Source of the DNA: an uncultured Alcaligenaceae bacterium
Lineage (GTDB): Bacteria; Pseudomonadota; Gammaproteobacteria; Burkholderiales; JACQAP01
Direction: 5' to 3'
Length of the DNA: 41,513 nt
Assembly: GCA_964650365.1 (NCBI GenBank)
Contig: CAZYTR010000090.1
Coordinates: forward strand, 1 to 41,513
Shown here: positions 24,570-33,203 of the stretch, one piece after another
How the letters are laid out: each line of letters begins with the position of its first letter
How positions within the stretch are numbered: position 1 is the stretch's first letter
Notes under the pieces: generated by a model
Databases searched by the model: none
What the model was told of the DNA's origin: nothing
The model's input: the letters and a program-made list of their open reading frames with translations, nothing else
Translations under genes and position numbers: made by a program

Positions 24570-25934
24570 TTGCCCTCCCTCCCCGCCACCCTCAGCAATT
24601 CAGCGACCTTTCTGTTGGCCGCGACGCTTTGCGGATGCGCCGCCTTTCGCAACTACGATGCGGAGCTGAACCAAACCCTCAACCTCGCAGCGAGCGGCAA
24701 CGTGGACGGCGCGATCAACCTGCTCGAACGCACCAACAAGCGCGGCAAGAAAGACCTTCTCTATTACTTCGAGCTGGGCGAACTGGAACGGCTGAGGAAC
24801 CGCCACGACGAAAGCCGGAAAGCCTGGATGGCGGCGGACGTGCAGGTGCAGGCCTGGGAACGCACGGCGGCCACGAATCCGGAAAAACTGGTCGGCAACG
24901 TGGCGAGCGTGCTGATCAATGACAAGGCCCGCCCCTATGAGGGCCGCGATTACGAGAAGGTAATGCTGACCACGCGGCTGGCGCTCGACCAACTATCCCG
25001 CGGCGATTTCGACACCGCCCGCGTGGACATCAAGAGGTCCCACGAGCGCGAGGCGGTGATCGCCGCGCTGCGGGAGAAGGAATTGCGGAAGACCGAGGAG
25101 GAAGCGAAGAAACACGGCGTGAAGACCGGTTTCAAGGAACTGAACGGCTATCCGGTGCAGACCATCGACAACCCGGAAGTGAACGCGCTCAGGAACAGCT
25201 ATCAGAGCGCGTTCAGCCATTACCTCGCGGGATTCGTGTACGAGGCGCTGGGCGAACCCAGCCTGGCCGCGGCCGGCTACCGGCAGGCGATCGAACTGCA
25301 GCCGAACCAGCCGTTGCTGGAACAGGCGCTCGCCGGACTGGACGCGCGCACCGGCGCCAGGAACGAGGGCTACACCGACGTGCTGTTCGTGGTCGAGTCC
25401 GGCACGGCCCCGGCACGTAAGTCGCAGCAGTTCAATCTGCCGTTACCCTATAAGGACAGGATGCTGATCGTGCCGGTGTCTTTCCCGGTCATTGCGCCGG
25501 CGCAGCCCGCTTACCTGCCGGGCCAGCTGCAGATCGGGGGCGAAGCCCCGATCGACATCGTCGGCATCACCAGCATCGACCTGATGGCGCGCAGGGCGCT
25601 GCAGGAAGAGATGCCGGGAATCGTGCTCAGAGGTATCATTCGCTCGACGGCCAAAGCGGTGGCGCAATACCAGGCAGGGCAGAACGATGAATCCGGGTTG
25701 GCTGCATTCGCGATAGCGATGGGTTCGATCGTTACCGAGTCGGCCGACGAGCGCGGTTGGCGTTCATTGCCGGCGCAGATCGCGATAGCGCGAGCGAGCA
25801 TACCGTCCGGCGAACATACCGTCCGGCTGCAGACCGCGGAGGGCGTACGCAGCGTGCAATTGAACCTGGCTAGCCGCTATACCGTGGTAGGCTTACGTCT
25901 GCTGCGCAGCGAGCTTTTTGTGCAGTCACCCTAA
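24570..25934 (+). CDS. lipoprotein, COG3014-like (TPR-like N-terminal region)
   Basis: TTG start and lipobox ...LCGC. 454 aa. This type of protein is commonly encoded next to YcfL and LpoB homologues (recollection, not searched). Confidence 0.55.
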   Translation: MPSLPATLSNSATFLLAATLCGCAAFRNYDAELNQTLNLAASGNVDGAINLLERTNKRGKKDLLYYFELGELERLRNRHDESRKAWMAADVQVQAWERTAATNPEKLVGNVASVLINDKARPYEGRDYEKVMLTTRLALDQLSRGDFDTARVDIKRSHEREAVIAALREKELRKTEEEAKKHGVKTGFKELNGYPVQTIDNPEVNALRNSYQSAFSHYLAGFVYEALGEPSLAAAGYRQAIELQPNQPLLEQALAGLDARTGARNEGYTDVLFVVESGTAPARKSQQFNLPLPYKDRMLIVPVSFPVIAPAQPAYLPGQLQIGGEAPIDIVGITSIDLMARRALQEEMPGIVLRGIIRSTAKAVAQYQAGQNDESGLAAFAIAMGSIVTESADERGWRSLPAQIAIARASIPSGEHTVRLQTAEGVRSVQLNLASRYTVVGLRLLRSELFVQSP

Positions 25935-26050
25935 GCGGTGGCCCCTGGGGGCGGCCAGCAATCGACTGATGCCCGAGCCGCACCGGCACCGTCAACCGGT
26001 GGCAGGCCGGAATCGTTGGAACAGCAGCCCCACACGATGGAGACCTCAAA

Positions 26051-26485
26051 ATGAACCGTACATGGACGATCATGGCACTGCTGGTGGCTGCGCTCGTCAC
26101 CGGCTGCGCCACCAAGAAGGGCTTCGAGAAGCCCGGCTTTGCCTTCGGTTGCCCGATCGGGGAGGCGAAAGTAAGCTCGATGGAGGACCTGGTCAGGCTC
26201 AAGGTCGTGCGCGAAGGCAAGCGCACGACCATCGAGGCGACCGAGGTACGCTGCACGATGGCCGGCGATCTGCAGAAGATCGACGTGAACCTCAACAATG
26301 ACAGCTCCAAGGTCAAGCGCGTCAGCTACAAGTTCCGCTGGATCGACCGCGAAGGGATGCGGGCCTGGGAGGAGGAAGTCTGGAAGCCGCTGCTTATGTA
26401 CGAGAACAGCAACATCGCGGTCAGCGCCGTGGCGCCGATCAACAAAGCCGTGGACTTCCGCCTTATCCTGCTGAGCCAGGAGTAG
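26051..26485 (+). CDS. ycfL: YcfL-family (DUF1425) periplasmic lipoprotein
   Basis: 144 aa, lipobox LVTGC, an Ig-like beta-rich sequence, and a position immediately upstream of the lpoB-like gene. Confidence 0.65.
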   Translation: MNRTWTIMALLVAALVTGCATKKGFEKPGFAFGCPIGEAKVSSMEDLVRLKVVREGKRTTIEATEVRCTMAGDLQKIDVNLNNDSSKVKRVSYKFRWIDREGMRAWEEEVWKPLLMYENSNIAVSAVAPINKAVDFRLILLSQE

Positions 26486-26565
26486 CCCCAACCGCGGACT
26501 CGTCGACAGACGGAACGATGGCCCTCGTGCACCGGAAGCCAATTTTGCGAAATGGAGAGTGTCCA

Positions 26566-27159
26566 ATGATCGATTTGAGGCGCCCCCGCCGCCTTGTTCT
26601 GCTAGCGCTGCTCGCTGCCCTGACGATCGCCGCCGGCTGCGCCACCGAGAAAACCCGTTACGGCGACGCTCGCGGGGTGGAGACCGTGACCAACGAGTTC
26701 GGCTCCACTGACCTGCAGATGATCGCCGAATCGATGACCCGCTCGATGCTCGGCGCGCCGGTTGTGGCCGGCGGCAACCTGCCAATCGTCACCGTGCAGG
26801 AAGTGAAGAACAAGACCAGCGAATACATCGATACCCGTGCCATCACCGACAGCATCCGCGTCGAACTGCAGAAAAGCGGCCGGATACGGTTTGCGGTGGA
26901 TGCAGCGGCGATGCAGCAGCAGATAGAGGAGCTGGAACGTCAGCAGAGCCAGTACTACGATCCGAACAATTCCGCCGAAGTCGGCAAGATGGTCGGCGCG
27001 GCCTTTCGCCTGGAGGGCAACATCACCTCGATCGTCAAACAGGTCAAAGACATAAAGGACGTGTACTACAAGTTCAATCTCCAGCTCTGGAACGTCCGGA
27101 ACGGTCTTCTGGAATGGAGCGACGAAAAGGAAATCCGCAAGACCACGACCAAAGGTTGA
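26566..27159 (+). CDS. lpoB: penicillin-binding protein activator LpoB-like lipoprotein (COG3417)
   Basis: An ATG at 26566 is preceded by GGAGAG. Lipobox IAAGC. The pattern F.S.DL..I...M..S.L....V.......I.V..V.N.T.E.ID.......I...L..SG..R resembles LpoB/YcfM. Confidence 0.7.
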   Translation: MIDLRRPRRLVLLALLAALTIAAGCATEKTRYGDARGVETVTNEFGSTDLQMIAESMTRSMLGAPVVAGGNLPIVTVQEVKNKTSEYIDTRAITDSIRVELQKSGRIRFAVDAAAMQQQIEELERQQSQYYDPNNSAEVGKMVGAAFRLEGNITSIVKQVKDIKDVYYKFNLQLWNVRNGLLEWSDEKEIRKTTTKG

Positions 27160-27203
27160 GTAGCAGCGACGCCACACTCGATGGAATCAGCGCGCAGTGA
27201 CGC

Positions 27204-27251
27204 CGCCGATTCTCGTCGGGTTTTCAGCGGCGAAGCAGCTGAACAGGACAC
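27204..27251 (+). other. 47-nt conserved element, copy 1, abutting the SD of the bTHX-like gene
   Basis: GCCGATTCTCGTCGGGTTTTCAGCGGCGAAGCAGCTGAACAGGACAC (27205-27251) matches 39279-39325 at 43 of 47 positions in the same orientation. One extra flanking C also matches. Confidence 0.6.
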
Positions 27252-27260
27252 CAGGAGGAG

Positions 27261-27401
27261 ATGATGGGAAGTGGTGACGCACGCACCCGCCGCGGCAAGC
27301 TGTTCCGCGGCAGCCATGGCAAGACCCGCCCGAAGGGCAAGAAGAAAAGAAAGCCGCTGAAGGTCGCAGCGGGAAGAGCGGGCCGCGGCAAGCCGCACTG
27401 A
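27261..27401 (+). CDS. ribosomal small-subunit protein bTHX-like (46 aa)
   Basis: Not in the ORF track because it is under 60 aa. AGGAGGAG lies directly before the ATG at 27261. The translation MMGSGDARTRRGKLFRGSHGKTRPKGKKKRKPLKVAAGRAGRGKPH matches the MGKGD.RT.RGK.FRGS.GK.RP pattern of Thx proteins. Confidence 0.65.
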   Translation: MMGSGDARTRRGKLFRGSHGKTRPKGKKKRKPLKVAAGRAGRGKPH

Positions 27402-27407
27402 GTGCAT

Positions 27408-27437
27408 TCCGGCGCAAGCCGCGGGCGCGCCGGATTT
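27408..27437 (+). terminator. possible intrinsic terminator after the bTHX-like gene
   Basis: 8-bp stem TCCGGCGC (27408-27415) / GCGCCGGA (27427-27434) with an 11-nt loop, followed by only TTT. It lies between convergent genes. Confidence 0.35.
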
Positions 27438-27452
27438 GGACGGCGCACCCCT

Positions 27453-28385
27453 TTATGCGAGCGGGCCCAACGCCGCGGCATAGCGTTCGACGCATTGCAG
27501 ACCGAACGCGTCCGCGGCGAGCGCGGGCATTCGGTCATGCACCGCACCCAATCCGAGCCGCCGGGCAGCCAGACGCTTGCCGTAACAATGCAGCGTCTCC
27601 AACGACTGCATGACGAACACGATCTCCGGCAGCACCTCGCGGTAGATCGATTCGGCCTCGGCTTGCCTTCCGGCCTCGAACAGTTCGAAAATGCGCGCCT
27701 GCCGGTCGAAGGTATCGGCAGCCGGAATCATGCCGGCACAACCCGCGCGCAGGTTATCGGTCAGTTCCAGTCCGCCACGGCCGTTGAACACCGTTACCCG
27801 TCCCCCGGTTTCCTCGATCATCCGGCGAATCGCGAGTGCAGGGCCCTCGCCTTTGAGGATGCGGAAATTCGCATGATTGCGCGCAAGCGTGTCGATGCCT
27901 GCCGCGGTGAGGCCCACGCCGAGATATTCGGGCGCGTTCTGGATGGCAACCGGAATGTCCAGACGGTCTGCCACCGCCCCGAAAAAGCGCACGAAAAACT
28001 GCTCCGGCACGCCGCGATCGGGAGGCGGCTGCAGGATGACCCACGATGCACCATGCGCCTGCGCGAATCCTGCGAACTCGACCTGCAAGTCGACCGTGGG
28101 CGCGTTCACCGTTACCGCCAGCGGCAGCCGCCCCTCAAGATCTTCTTCCACCCACTCCACCAGTTGCCGCCGCTCCCCATCCGCGAGCTTGTTCACTTCG
28201 GTGCCAAGGCCCAGCACCGCGATGCCGTGGGCACCATTATCCACGAACGCCTGGACCTGGCGCCGCGTCGCGTTCCGGTCCAGTTCGCCCTGCGCGGTGA
28301 AAAAGGCGTAAAGCATCGGATAGATGCCGCGCGGCGTCTCGCTCTTGTCCATCGGTTCCAGACTCCCCAAAAGATTGCCCATCAT
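27453..28385 (-). CDS. dihydrodipicolinate synthase/N-acetylneuraminate lyase-family (DapA-like) aldolase
   Basis: The pattern GIYPMLYAFF...LD....R.QV.AFV..GAHGIAVLGLGTE...L...ER fits a class I pyruvate-dependent aldolase fold. The start is uncertain: ATG at 28385/28382, ATG at 28352 after GGGGAG, or the track's TTG at 28409. Confidence 0.75.
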   Translation of the reverse strand: MMGNLLGSLEPMDKSETPRGIYPMLYAFFTAQGELDRNATRRQVQAFVDNGAHGIAVLGLGTEVNKLADGERRQLVEWVEEDLEGRLPLAVTVNAPTVDLQVEFAGFAQAHGASWVILQPPPDRGVPEQFFVRFFGAVADRLDIPVAIQNAPEYLGVGLTAAGIDTLARNHANFRILKGEGPALAIRRMIEETGGRVTVFNGRGGLELTDNLRAGCAGMIPAADTFDRQARIFELFEAGRQAEAESIYREVLPEIVFVMQSLETLHCYGKRLAARRLGLGAVHDRMPALAADAFGLQCVERYAAALGPLA

Positions 28386-28474
28386 AGGCGCTGCAAAAGC
28401 CTGGCTCAAATCGAGCCCCCTCGATTCGGTGTACCATTTTTTCCGGGTTCAGCCGTACGAAAAGAGGAGACCGA

Positions 28475-29206
28475 ATGAACATCGCGCGTATCCGCAACGC
28501 CGTGCTCGGCACAGCCATTATCCTTTCGACGACCTGCGCCGGCGCGATGACCCCGGAGGAGATCGTCGCCGCTCTCAAGCGTGCCGAAAACAGCACCGGA
28601 AACATTGCCGACGCGCTGGAAGAGGCAACCGGTGCGCGCGGCTGGATGTCCTCGGACATGAAGCCCATCTACGACGCCAAGATCGCAGGGCGTGCCGCCA
28701 CTGCGCTGATGCGCCCGGTGCTGCGTACCGACAACCGCAAGTATAGGAACCATCTGCTCGAGATCCTGGACGAGGCCGAGCCGGGCAGCGTGCTCGTTTA
28801 CGTGATGGAGGATGGACTGGAAATCGCGGCGATGGGCAATCTGATGGCCACCACAGCGAAGGCGCGCGGCCTTTCGGGCGCGGTGATCGACGGTGCCGTT
28901 CGCGACATTGCCGAACTGCGGCGCATGGGTTTCCCGGCGTGGTCGCGGCGCGTGAGCCCGGCCACCTCGGTCGGACGCATGGTCAGCGTCGACAAGCAGA
29001 TTGCGGTGAAGTGCGGCGGCATCGCGGTGCGGCCGGGTGACTACATCGTGGCCGATCCGGACGGCGTGGTAGTGGTTCCGGCGGAGGCGGCGGAGAAGGT
29101 GATCGCGCTGCTCAAGCAGTACGACGATAAGGAATCGAAAATGATACCGATCATCGAGCGCGAGAAATCGATGCTGAAGGCCCTGGAAATTTACAACAGA
29201 TATTGA
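28475..29206 (+). CDS. RraA-family protein (RraA / HMG-CHA aldolase-like) with hydrophobic N-terminus
   Basis: The core (GSVLVYV....EIAAMGNLMATTAKARGLSGAVIDGAVRD..EL..MGFP.WSR..SP) is typical of the RraA/methyltransferase-inhibitor fold. The first ~25 aa (MNIARIRNAVLGTAIILSTTCAGA) look like a signal peptide. Confidence 0.7.
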   Translation: MNIARIRNAVLGTAIILSTTCAGAMTPEEIVAALKRAENSTGNIADALEEATGARGWMSSDMKPIYDAKIAGRAATALMRPVLRTDNRKYRNHLLEILDEAEPGSVLVYVMEDGLEIAAMGNLMATTAKARGLSGAVIDGAVRDIAELRRMGFPAWSRRVSPATSVGRMVSVDKQIAVKCGGIAVRPGDYIVADPDGVVVVPAEAAEKVIALLKQYDDKESKMIPIIEREKSMLKALEIYNRY

Positions 29207-29270
29207 GAACCCCACTGCATGCGAACAGGCCGGGGTTGATCTATAGTTGCAGAATGAACGGCCGTTGCAG

Positions 29271-29495
29271 ATGGGGGCAATGATGGAGCTCACGGACGAA
29301 GAAGCCAGGTTCATCCGCGGGAAGATCGAGACCCTGAAGGTCGAGCATCGCGATCTCGACGATATCATCGAGCGCCTGTCCCGGGACCCTGACCTGGACG
29401 AACTACAGATGCGGCGCCTGAAGCGGCGCAAGCTGCTGCTGAAGGACCAGATCGCTCTGCTGGAGAGCCAGCTGGTCCCGGACATTCCTGCCTAA
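29271..29495 (+). CDS. DUF465 (YdcH-like) small coiled-coil protein
   Basis: About 71-74 aa. The sequence HRDLDDIIERL......DELQMRRLKRRKLLLKDQIALLE matches DUF465. The start could be the ATG at 29271, 29280 or 29283. Confidence 0.6.
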   Translation: MGAMMELTDEEARFIRGKIETLKVEHRDLDDIIERLSRDPDLDELQMRRLKRRKLLLKDQIALLESQLVPDIPA

Positions 29496-29508
29496 AAAAG
29501 ATCCGGGG

Positions 29509-29796
29509 TCAACACGCTTCCGGGCACACCCTGTAGAACTTCGAGGCAATGTAGTTGGAAACCCGTTCGATGTCGGCATCGTTCCAATAGAGGCCGATGT
29601 TTTGCTGCCATCTCCAGACCTGTGCGCGAATCTCAGGGTAGTCGCGGGCGAGGCGTTCTTCGCGCGTGTAGACGCGACTGTCGTGGCAGACGACGCAATA
29701 GGTGTCGTGAAGGATTTGTCCCGGCGGCGGTTCCTGGGCGCCGACATCAACTGTGGCCGTGACCAGCAGGGCGAAAGCGATAGTGATAAGTTTCAT
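29509..29796 (-). CDS. small exported mono-heme cytochrome c-like protein
   Basis: An ATG at 29796 gives signal peptide MKLITIAFALLVTATVDVGA. A single CVVCH heme-binding motif is present. 95 aa. Confidence 0.5.
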   Translation of the reverse strand: MKLITIAFALLVTATVDVGAQEPPPGQILHDTYCVVCHDSRVYTREERLARDYPEIRAQVWRWQQNIGLYWNDADIERVSNYIASKFYRVCPEAC

Positions 29797-29918
29797 AATG
29801 CTCTCTGTCAACCAGAATTGCCTCCAAACTAACCGCAGCAGCGGACAAGCGTTTGATGTCGATCAAGGATATTGAACGTGCCGCCCGCGGGGTTGGTCTA
29901 TCAGGCAGGGAACAATCC

Positions 29919-30302
29919 ATGATTCCCACGATACTTCCAGGATCGGGCCGGAATTCCAGGACTTTGGCGGTTCTGCTTTGCGTCGCCATGCTCCCCGGTT
30001 GCGCCGGCCCGCAGCGCCGCGCGCCGCCAAGCCTTGCCCAGGTCGTGGAGATGAGCCAGGCCGGTAAGCCCGCGGAAGAAATCATTCTGGAGTTGCACGA
30101 AACGCGCGCGGTCTATCCCCTGACCGGATCGCAGATCGCCAGATTGCATGACCAGGGCGTACCCGACGCGGTGCTGGATTATCTGCAGAACGCCTACGCG
30201 GAAAGCATCCGCTGGGATGCCCGGCTGCGATACGAGAACTCGTTCCTTTGGCACGACTGTTTCTACTGCTATCACCGTCCTGTCATCGTTGTGCCAAGAT
30301 GA
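29919..30302 (+). CDS. lipoprotein of unknown function (one copy of a ~55-aa module plus a C-terminal CxxC)
   Basis: An ATG at 29919 gives MIPTILPGSGRNSRTLAVLLCVAMLPGC with a lipobox. The protein is paralogous to the next gene. Confidence 0.5.
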   Translation: MIPTILPGSGRNSRTLAVLLCVAMLPGCAGPQRRAPPSLAQVVEMSQAGKPAEEIILELHETRAVYPLTGSQIARLHDQGVPDAVLDYLQNAYAESIRWDARLRYENSFLWHDCFYCYHRPVIVVPR

Positions 30303-30364
30303 GCGTTATTGCGACCATCGGGCGGCGCGCATGTGCCCGCGTCTGCCAAGGAAGGAGAACGAAA

Positions 30365-31150
30365 ATGGTGCCTGGGAATTTCCAAGGTGTTACGAAAATC
30401 CCGGCCCTGCTGCTGGCCCTTTGGGTAGCCATTGTGCTGGGCGCATGCTCGACGCTTTCGCCCCGTCCGGTCACGCCCATCTCGGAGGTCGTGAACCTGA
30501 GCAAGGGCGGGCCCCCGGAGCAGGTGGTCAGCCGCGTCCGCGCGTCGCGGACGACTTACGCGCTGCGCGGCTCAGACTTCGGCAAACTCGCCGATGCCGG
30601 CGTCTCGCCCCAAGTGCTCGACCACCTGCAGCAATCGTTCTACAACGACGTCGATCTGCTGACCCGTTATTGGGCAACGGGCGAATCGCTGGGCGGCTGC
30701 ACCTCGTGTTATCCGCAGCCCGTGAACCTTTCGACCCTGGCCCAGGGCGGCAACGGTATGGCGGACCCGGGCAACACGTTCCGCCACACCACGTTCTCCC
30801 GTCCGCACGGATTGCCCGACTGGATTACCGCTGTCCCCGGAAGAACAGGCGCCCCCGCAATCACGGTCGACCAGGTGGCACAGCTGGTCAGGGACGGGAA
30901 GGCCGTCAACGACATCGTTGCGCAAATCGACAACTCGCGCATGCACGACTACATCGCCACGAGCGGTGGGATCTCGAATATCAGCACACATTTCACCGTG
31001 GGCTTGAGCGGATCGGAACTCGCGCAAATGCATGCGGATGGCGTGCCCGATCCGGTGCTCGACGCGTTGCAGAAGAAGACCCTTGCAGAGTTCATCGAGT
31101 TCCACCGCATTCGTTACCAGAGCTGGGGTAAGGGCAGCATCCAGCCGTGA
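30365..31150 (+). CDS. lipoprotein of unknown function (two copies of the same module, central CxxC)
   Basis: An ATG at 30365 follows GGAAGGAGAA. Lipobox IVLGAC. 261 aa. Confidence 0.55.
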   Translation: MVPGNFQGVTKIPALLLALWVAIVLGACSTLSPRPVTPISEVVNLSKGGPPEQVVSRVRASRTTYALRGSDFGKLADAGVSPQVLDHLQQSFYNDVDLLTRYWATGESLGGCTSCYPQPVNLSTLAQGGNGMADPGNTFRHTTFSRPHGLPDWITAVPGRTGAPAITVDQVAQLVRDGKAVNDIVAQIDNSRMHDYIATSGGISNISTHFTVGLSGSELAQMHADGVPDPVLDALQKKTLAEFIEFHRIRYQSWGKGSIQP

Positions 31151-31206
31151 ATTCGCGCGCTGAACGGGCGCGGCCGGTACAGATCTTCGCTGGCGCTGAC
31201 AGAAAT

Positions 31207-31235
31207 GGCGTGGCGCCGCGCCTTATTTTTTTTCT
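31207..31235 (+). terminator. possible intrinsic terminator, overlapping the ilvD 3' end
   Basis: GC-rich hairpin GGCGTGGCGCCGCGCC (31207-31222) followed by TTATTTTTTTTTC. The T-run also encodes the EEKK C-terminus of IlvD on the opposite strand. Confidence 0.4.
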
Positions 31236-32920
31236 TCGAACAGTCCCAGATCCGTCACCGCGCCGATCGACGCGGTGGACACCAGGTGCGTGTACTTCGC
31301 CAGCAGGCCGCGGCTGAAGCGCGGCTTCGGCTGTTTCCACGCCGCGCGGCGCCTGGTCAATTCTTCGTCCGGCACATTGAGTTGGACCAATTGCTTGTGC
31401 GCGTCGATGGTGATCGAGTCGCCCTCCTTCACCAGCGCGATGACGCCGCCGACGAAGGCCTCCGGCGCGACGTGGCCGACCACCATGCCCCAAGTCCCGC
31501 CGGAGAAACGGCCGTCGGTGAGCAATCCGACCGAGTCGCCGAGTCCCTGGCCGATCAGCGCCGAAGTCGGCGACAGCATTTCCTGCATGCCCGGCCCGCC
31601 CTTCGGACCCTCGTAACGGATCACCACCACGTCGCCCGCCTTGATCTTCTTGGCCATGATCGCCTCCATGCTTTCCTTCTCGGAGTCGAACACGCGCGCC
31701 GGCCCGGTGATGACCGGGTTCTTCAGCCCGGTGATCTTGGCTACACAGCCCTCCGGCGCCAGATTGCCCCTGAGAATGGCGAGGTGACCCTGCTTGTACA
31801 ACGGCGCGCTGAACGGTCGGATCACGTCCTGGTCGCGCCGCGGCTCAGTGGGGATGTGTTCCAGCTCCTCGCCGATGGTGCGGCCCGTGATGGTCATGCA
31901 CTCGCCGTGCAGTAGTCCGTTGACCAGCAGCATCTTCAGCACTTGCGGCACGCCCCCGGCCTTGTGGAAGTCTACCGCGACGTATTTTCCCGAAGGCTTG
32001 AGATCACAGAACACCGGCACCTTGCGGCGGATGCGCTCGAAATCATCGATGGTCCACTCGACTTCCGCAGCCGATGCAATCGCCAGGTAGTGCAATACCG
32101 CGTTGGTCGAGCCGCCGGTGGCCATCACCAGGCTGACGACGTTCTCGATGGACTTGCGGGTGATGATGTCGCGCGGGCGAATGTTTTTTTTGATGGCGTT
32201 GACCAGCACGCGCGCCGATTCGGCGGCGGAGTCGGCCTTCTCCGGGTCGACTGCCGCAAGTTGCGAGGAGCCCAGCAGGCTCAGTCCGAGGGCCTCGAAC
32301 GAGGACGACATGGTGTTGGCGGTGAACATGCCGCCGCACGCGCCCACCGTGGGACAGGCGTTCCTCTCGATGCCGTCGAAGTCCTCCTGGCTCAACTTGC
32401 CGGCCGTAAACGCGCCCACCGCCTCGAAAGCGCTGACGATGGTCAGAACCTGACCCTTCCAGTTGCCCGGCTTGATGGTGCCGCCGTAGACGTAAATTGC
32501 CGGCACGTTCATGCGCGCCATCGCCATCATTCCGCCGGGCATGTTCTTGTCGCAGGCGCCGATCACCAGGGCTCCGTCCATCATCTGTCCGTTGACCGCG
32601 GTCTCGATGGCGTCGGCGATAACCTCGCGTGACACCAGCGAGTACTTCATGCCGTCGGTGCCCATTCCGATGCCGTCGGTGACAGTGGGCGTGCCGAACA
32701 CTTGCGGCATCGCCCCGGCCTCGCGCAGCGCCCCCATGGCACGATCCACCAGCGGCTGGATGCCGGCATTGCACGGGTTCATGTTGGAGTGCCCGTTGGC
32801 CACGCCGACGATCGGTTTCTCAAAATCACCGTTCTTGAAATCGACGGCGCGAAGCATCGCGCGGTTGGGCGAGCGGGCCACACCCGCGGTGATCAATTTG
32901 CTGCGCCAGTTATCTGCCAT
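31223..32920 (-). CDS. ilvD: dihydroxy-acid dehydratase
   Basis: An ATG at 32920 follows GGGGGAG and gives 565 aa. The blocks [20 protein letters not shown] and TDGRFSGGT are diagnostic of IlvD. Confidence 0.92.
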   Translation of the reverse strand: MADNWRSKLITAGVARSPNRAMLRAVDFKNGDFEKPIVGVANGHSNMNPCNAGIQPLVDRAMGALREAGAMPQVFGTPTVTDGIGMGTDGMKYSLVSREVIADAIETAVNGQMMDGALVIGACDKNMPGGMMAMARMNVPAIYVYGGTIKPGNWKGQVLTIVSAFEAVGAFTAGKLSQEDFDGIERNACPTVGACGGMFTANTMSSSFEALGLSLLGSSQLAAVDPEKADSAAESARVLVNAIKKNIRPRDIITRKSIENVVSLVMATGGSTNAVLHYLAIASAAEVEWTIDDFERIRRKVPVFCDLKPSGKYVAVDFHKAGGVPQVLKMLLVNGLLHGECMTITGRTIGEELEHIPTEPRRDQDVIRPFSAPLYKQGHLAILRGNLAPEGCVAKITGLKNPVITGPARVFDSEKESMEAIMAKKIKAGDVVVIRYEGPKGGPGMQEMLSPTSALIGQGLGDSVGLLTDGRFSGGTWGMVVGHVAPEAFVGGVIALVKEGDSITIDAHKQLVQLNVPDEELTRRRAAWKQPKPRFSRGLLAKYTHLVSTASIGAVTDLGLFEEKK

Positions 32921-33203
32921 GTTCTCCCCCTGGTACTGTGGAATGCGGCTTGCGGATTGCCATGCCCGGGGCCGGTGCTGCGGCCATGGCACGGATGCAG
33001 GCCGCAAGTTTGGACGCGCCGTCCACCGGTGTCTAATATATTATTTGAGGATTCTTGATAGCAATCACGAATCAAATTGAACTGCGCCACCTGCACGACT
33101 TCGTGATGGTCGCCGACGAGTTGCCGGCGCTGCGCGTATTTGTTGATCTGACCCTGCACTCCGCCTGTTCCAGGACTCCGGCCAGGGCGAAGAGGTCAAG
33201 CAC

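Noticed and set aside
33070-33203. LysR-type regulator remnant. The plus-strand translation ...NQIELRHLHDFVMVADE... resembles the start of a LysR HTH domain, divergent from ilvD.
   Set aside because: Only about 13 residues are similar. There is no start codon, the similarity disappears immediately afterwards (LPALRVFVDLTLHS...), and the frame terminates before tsaE. That is too short to separate a decayed gene from chance.
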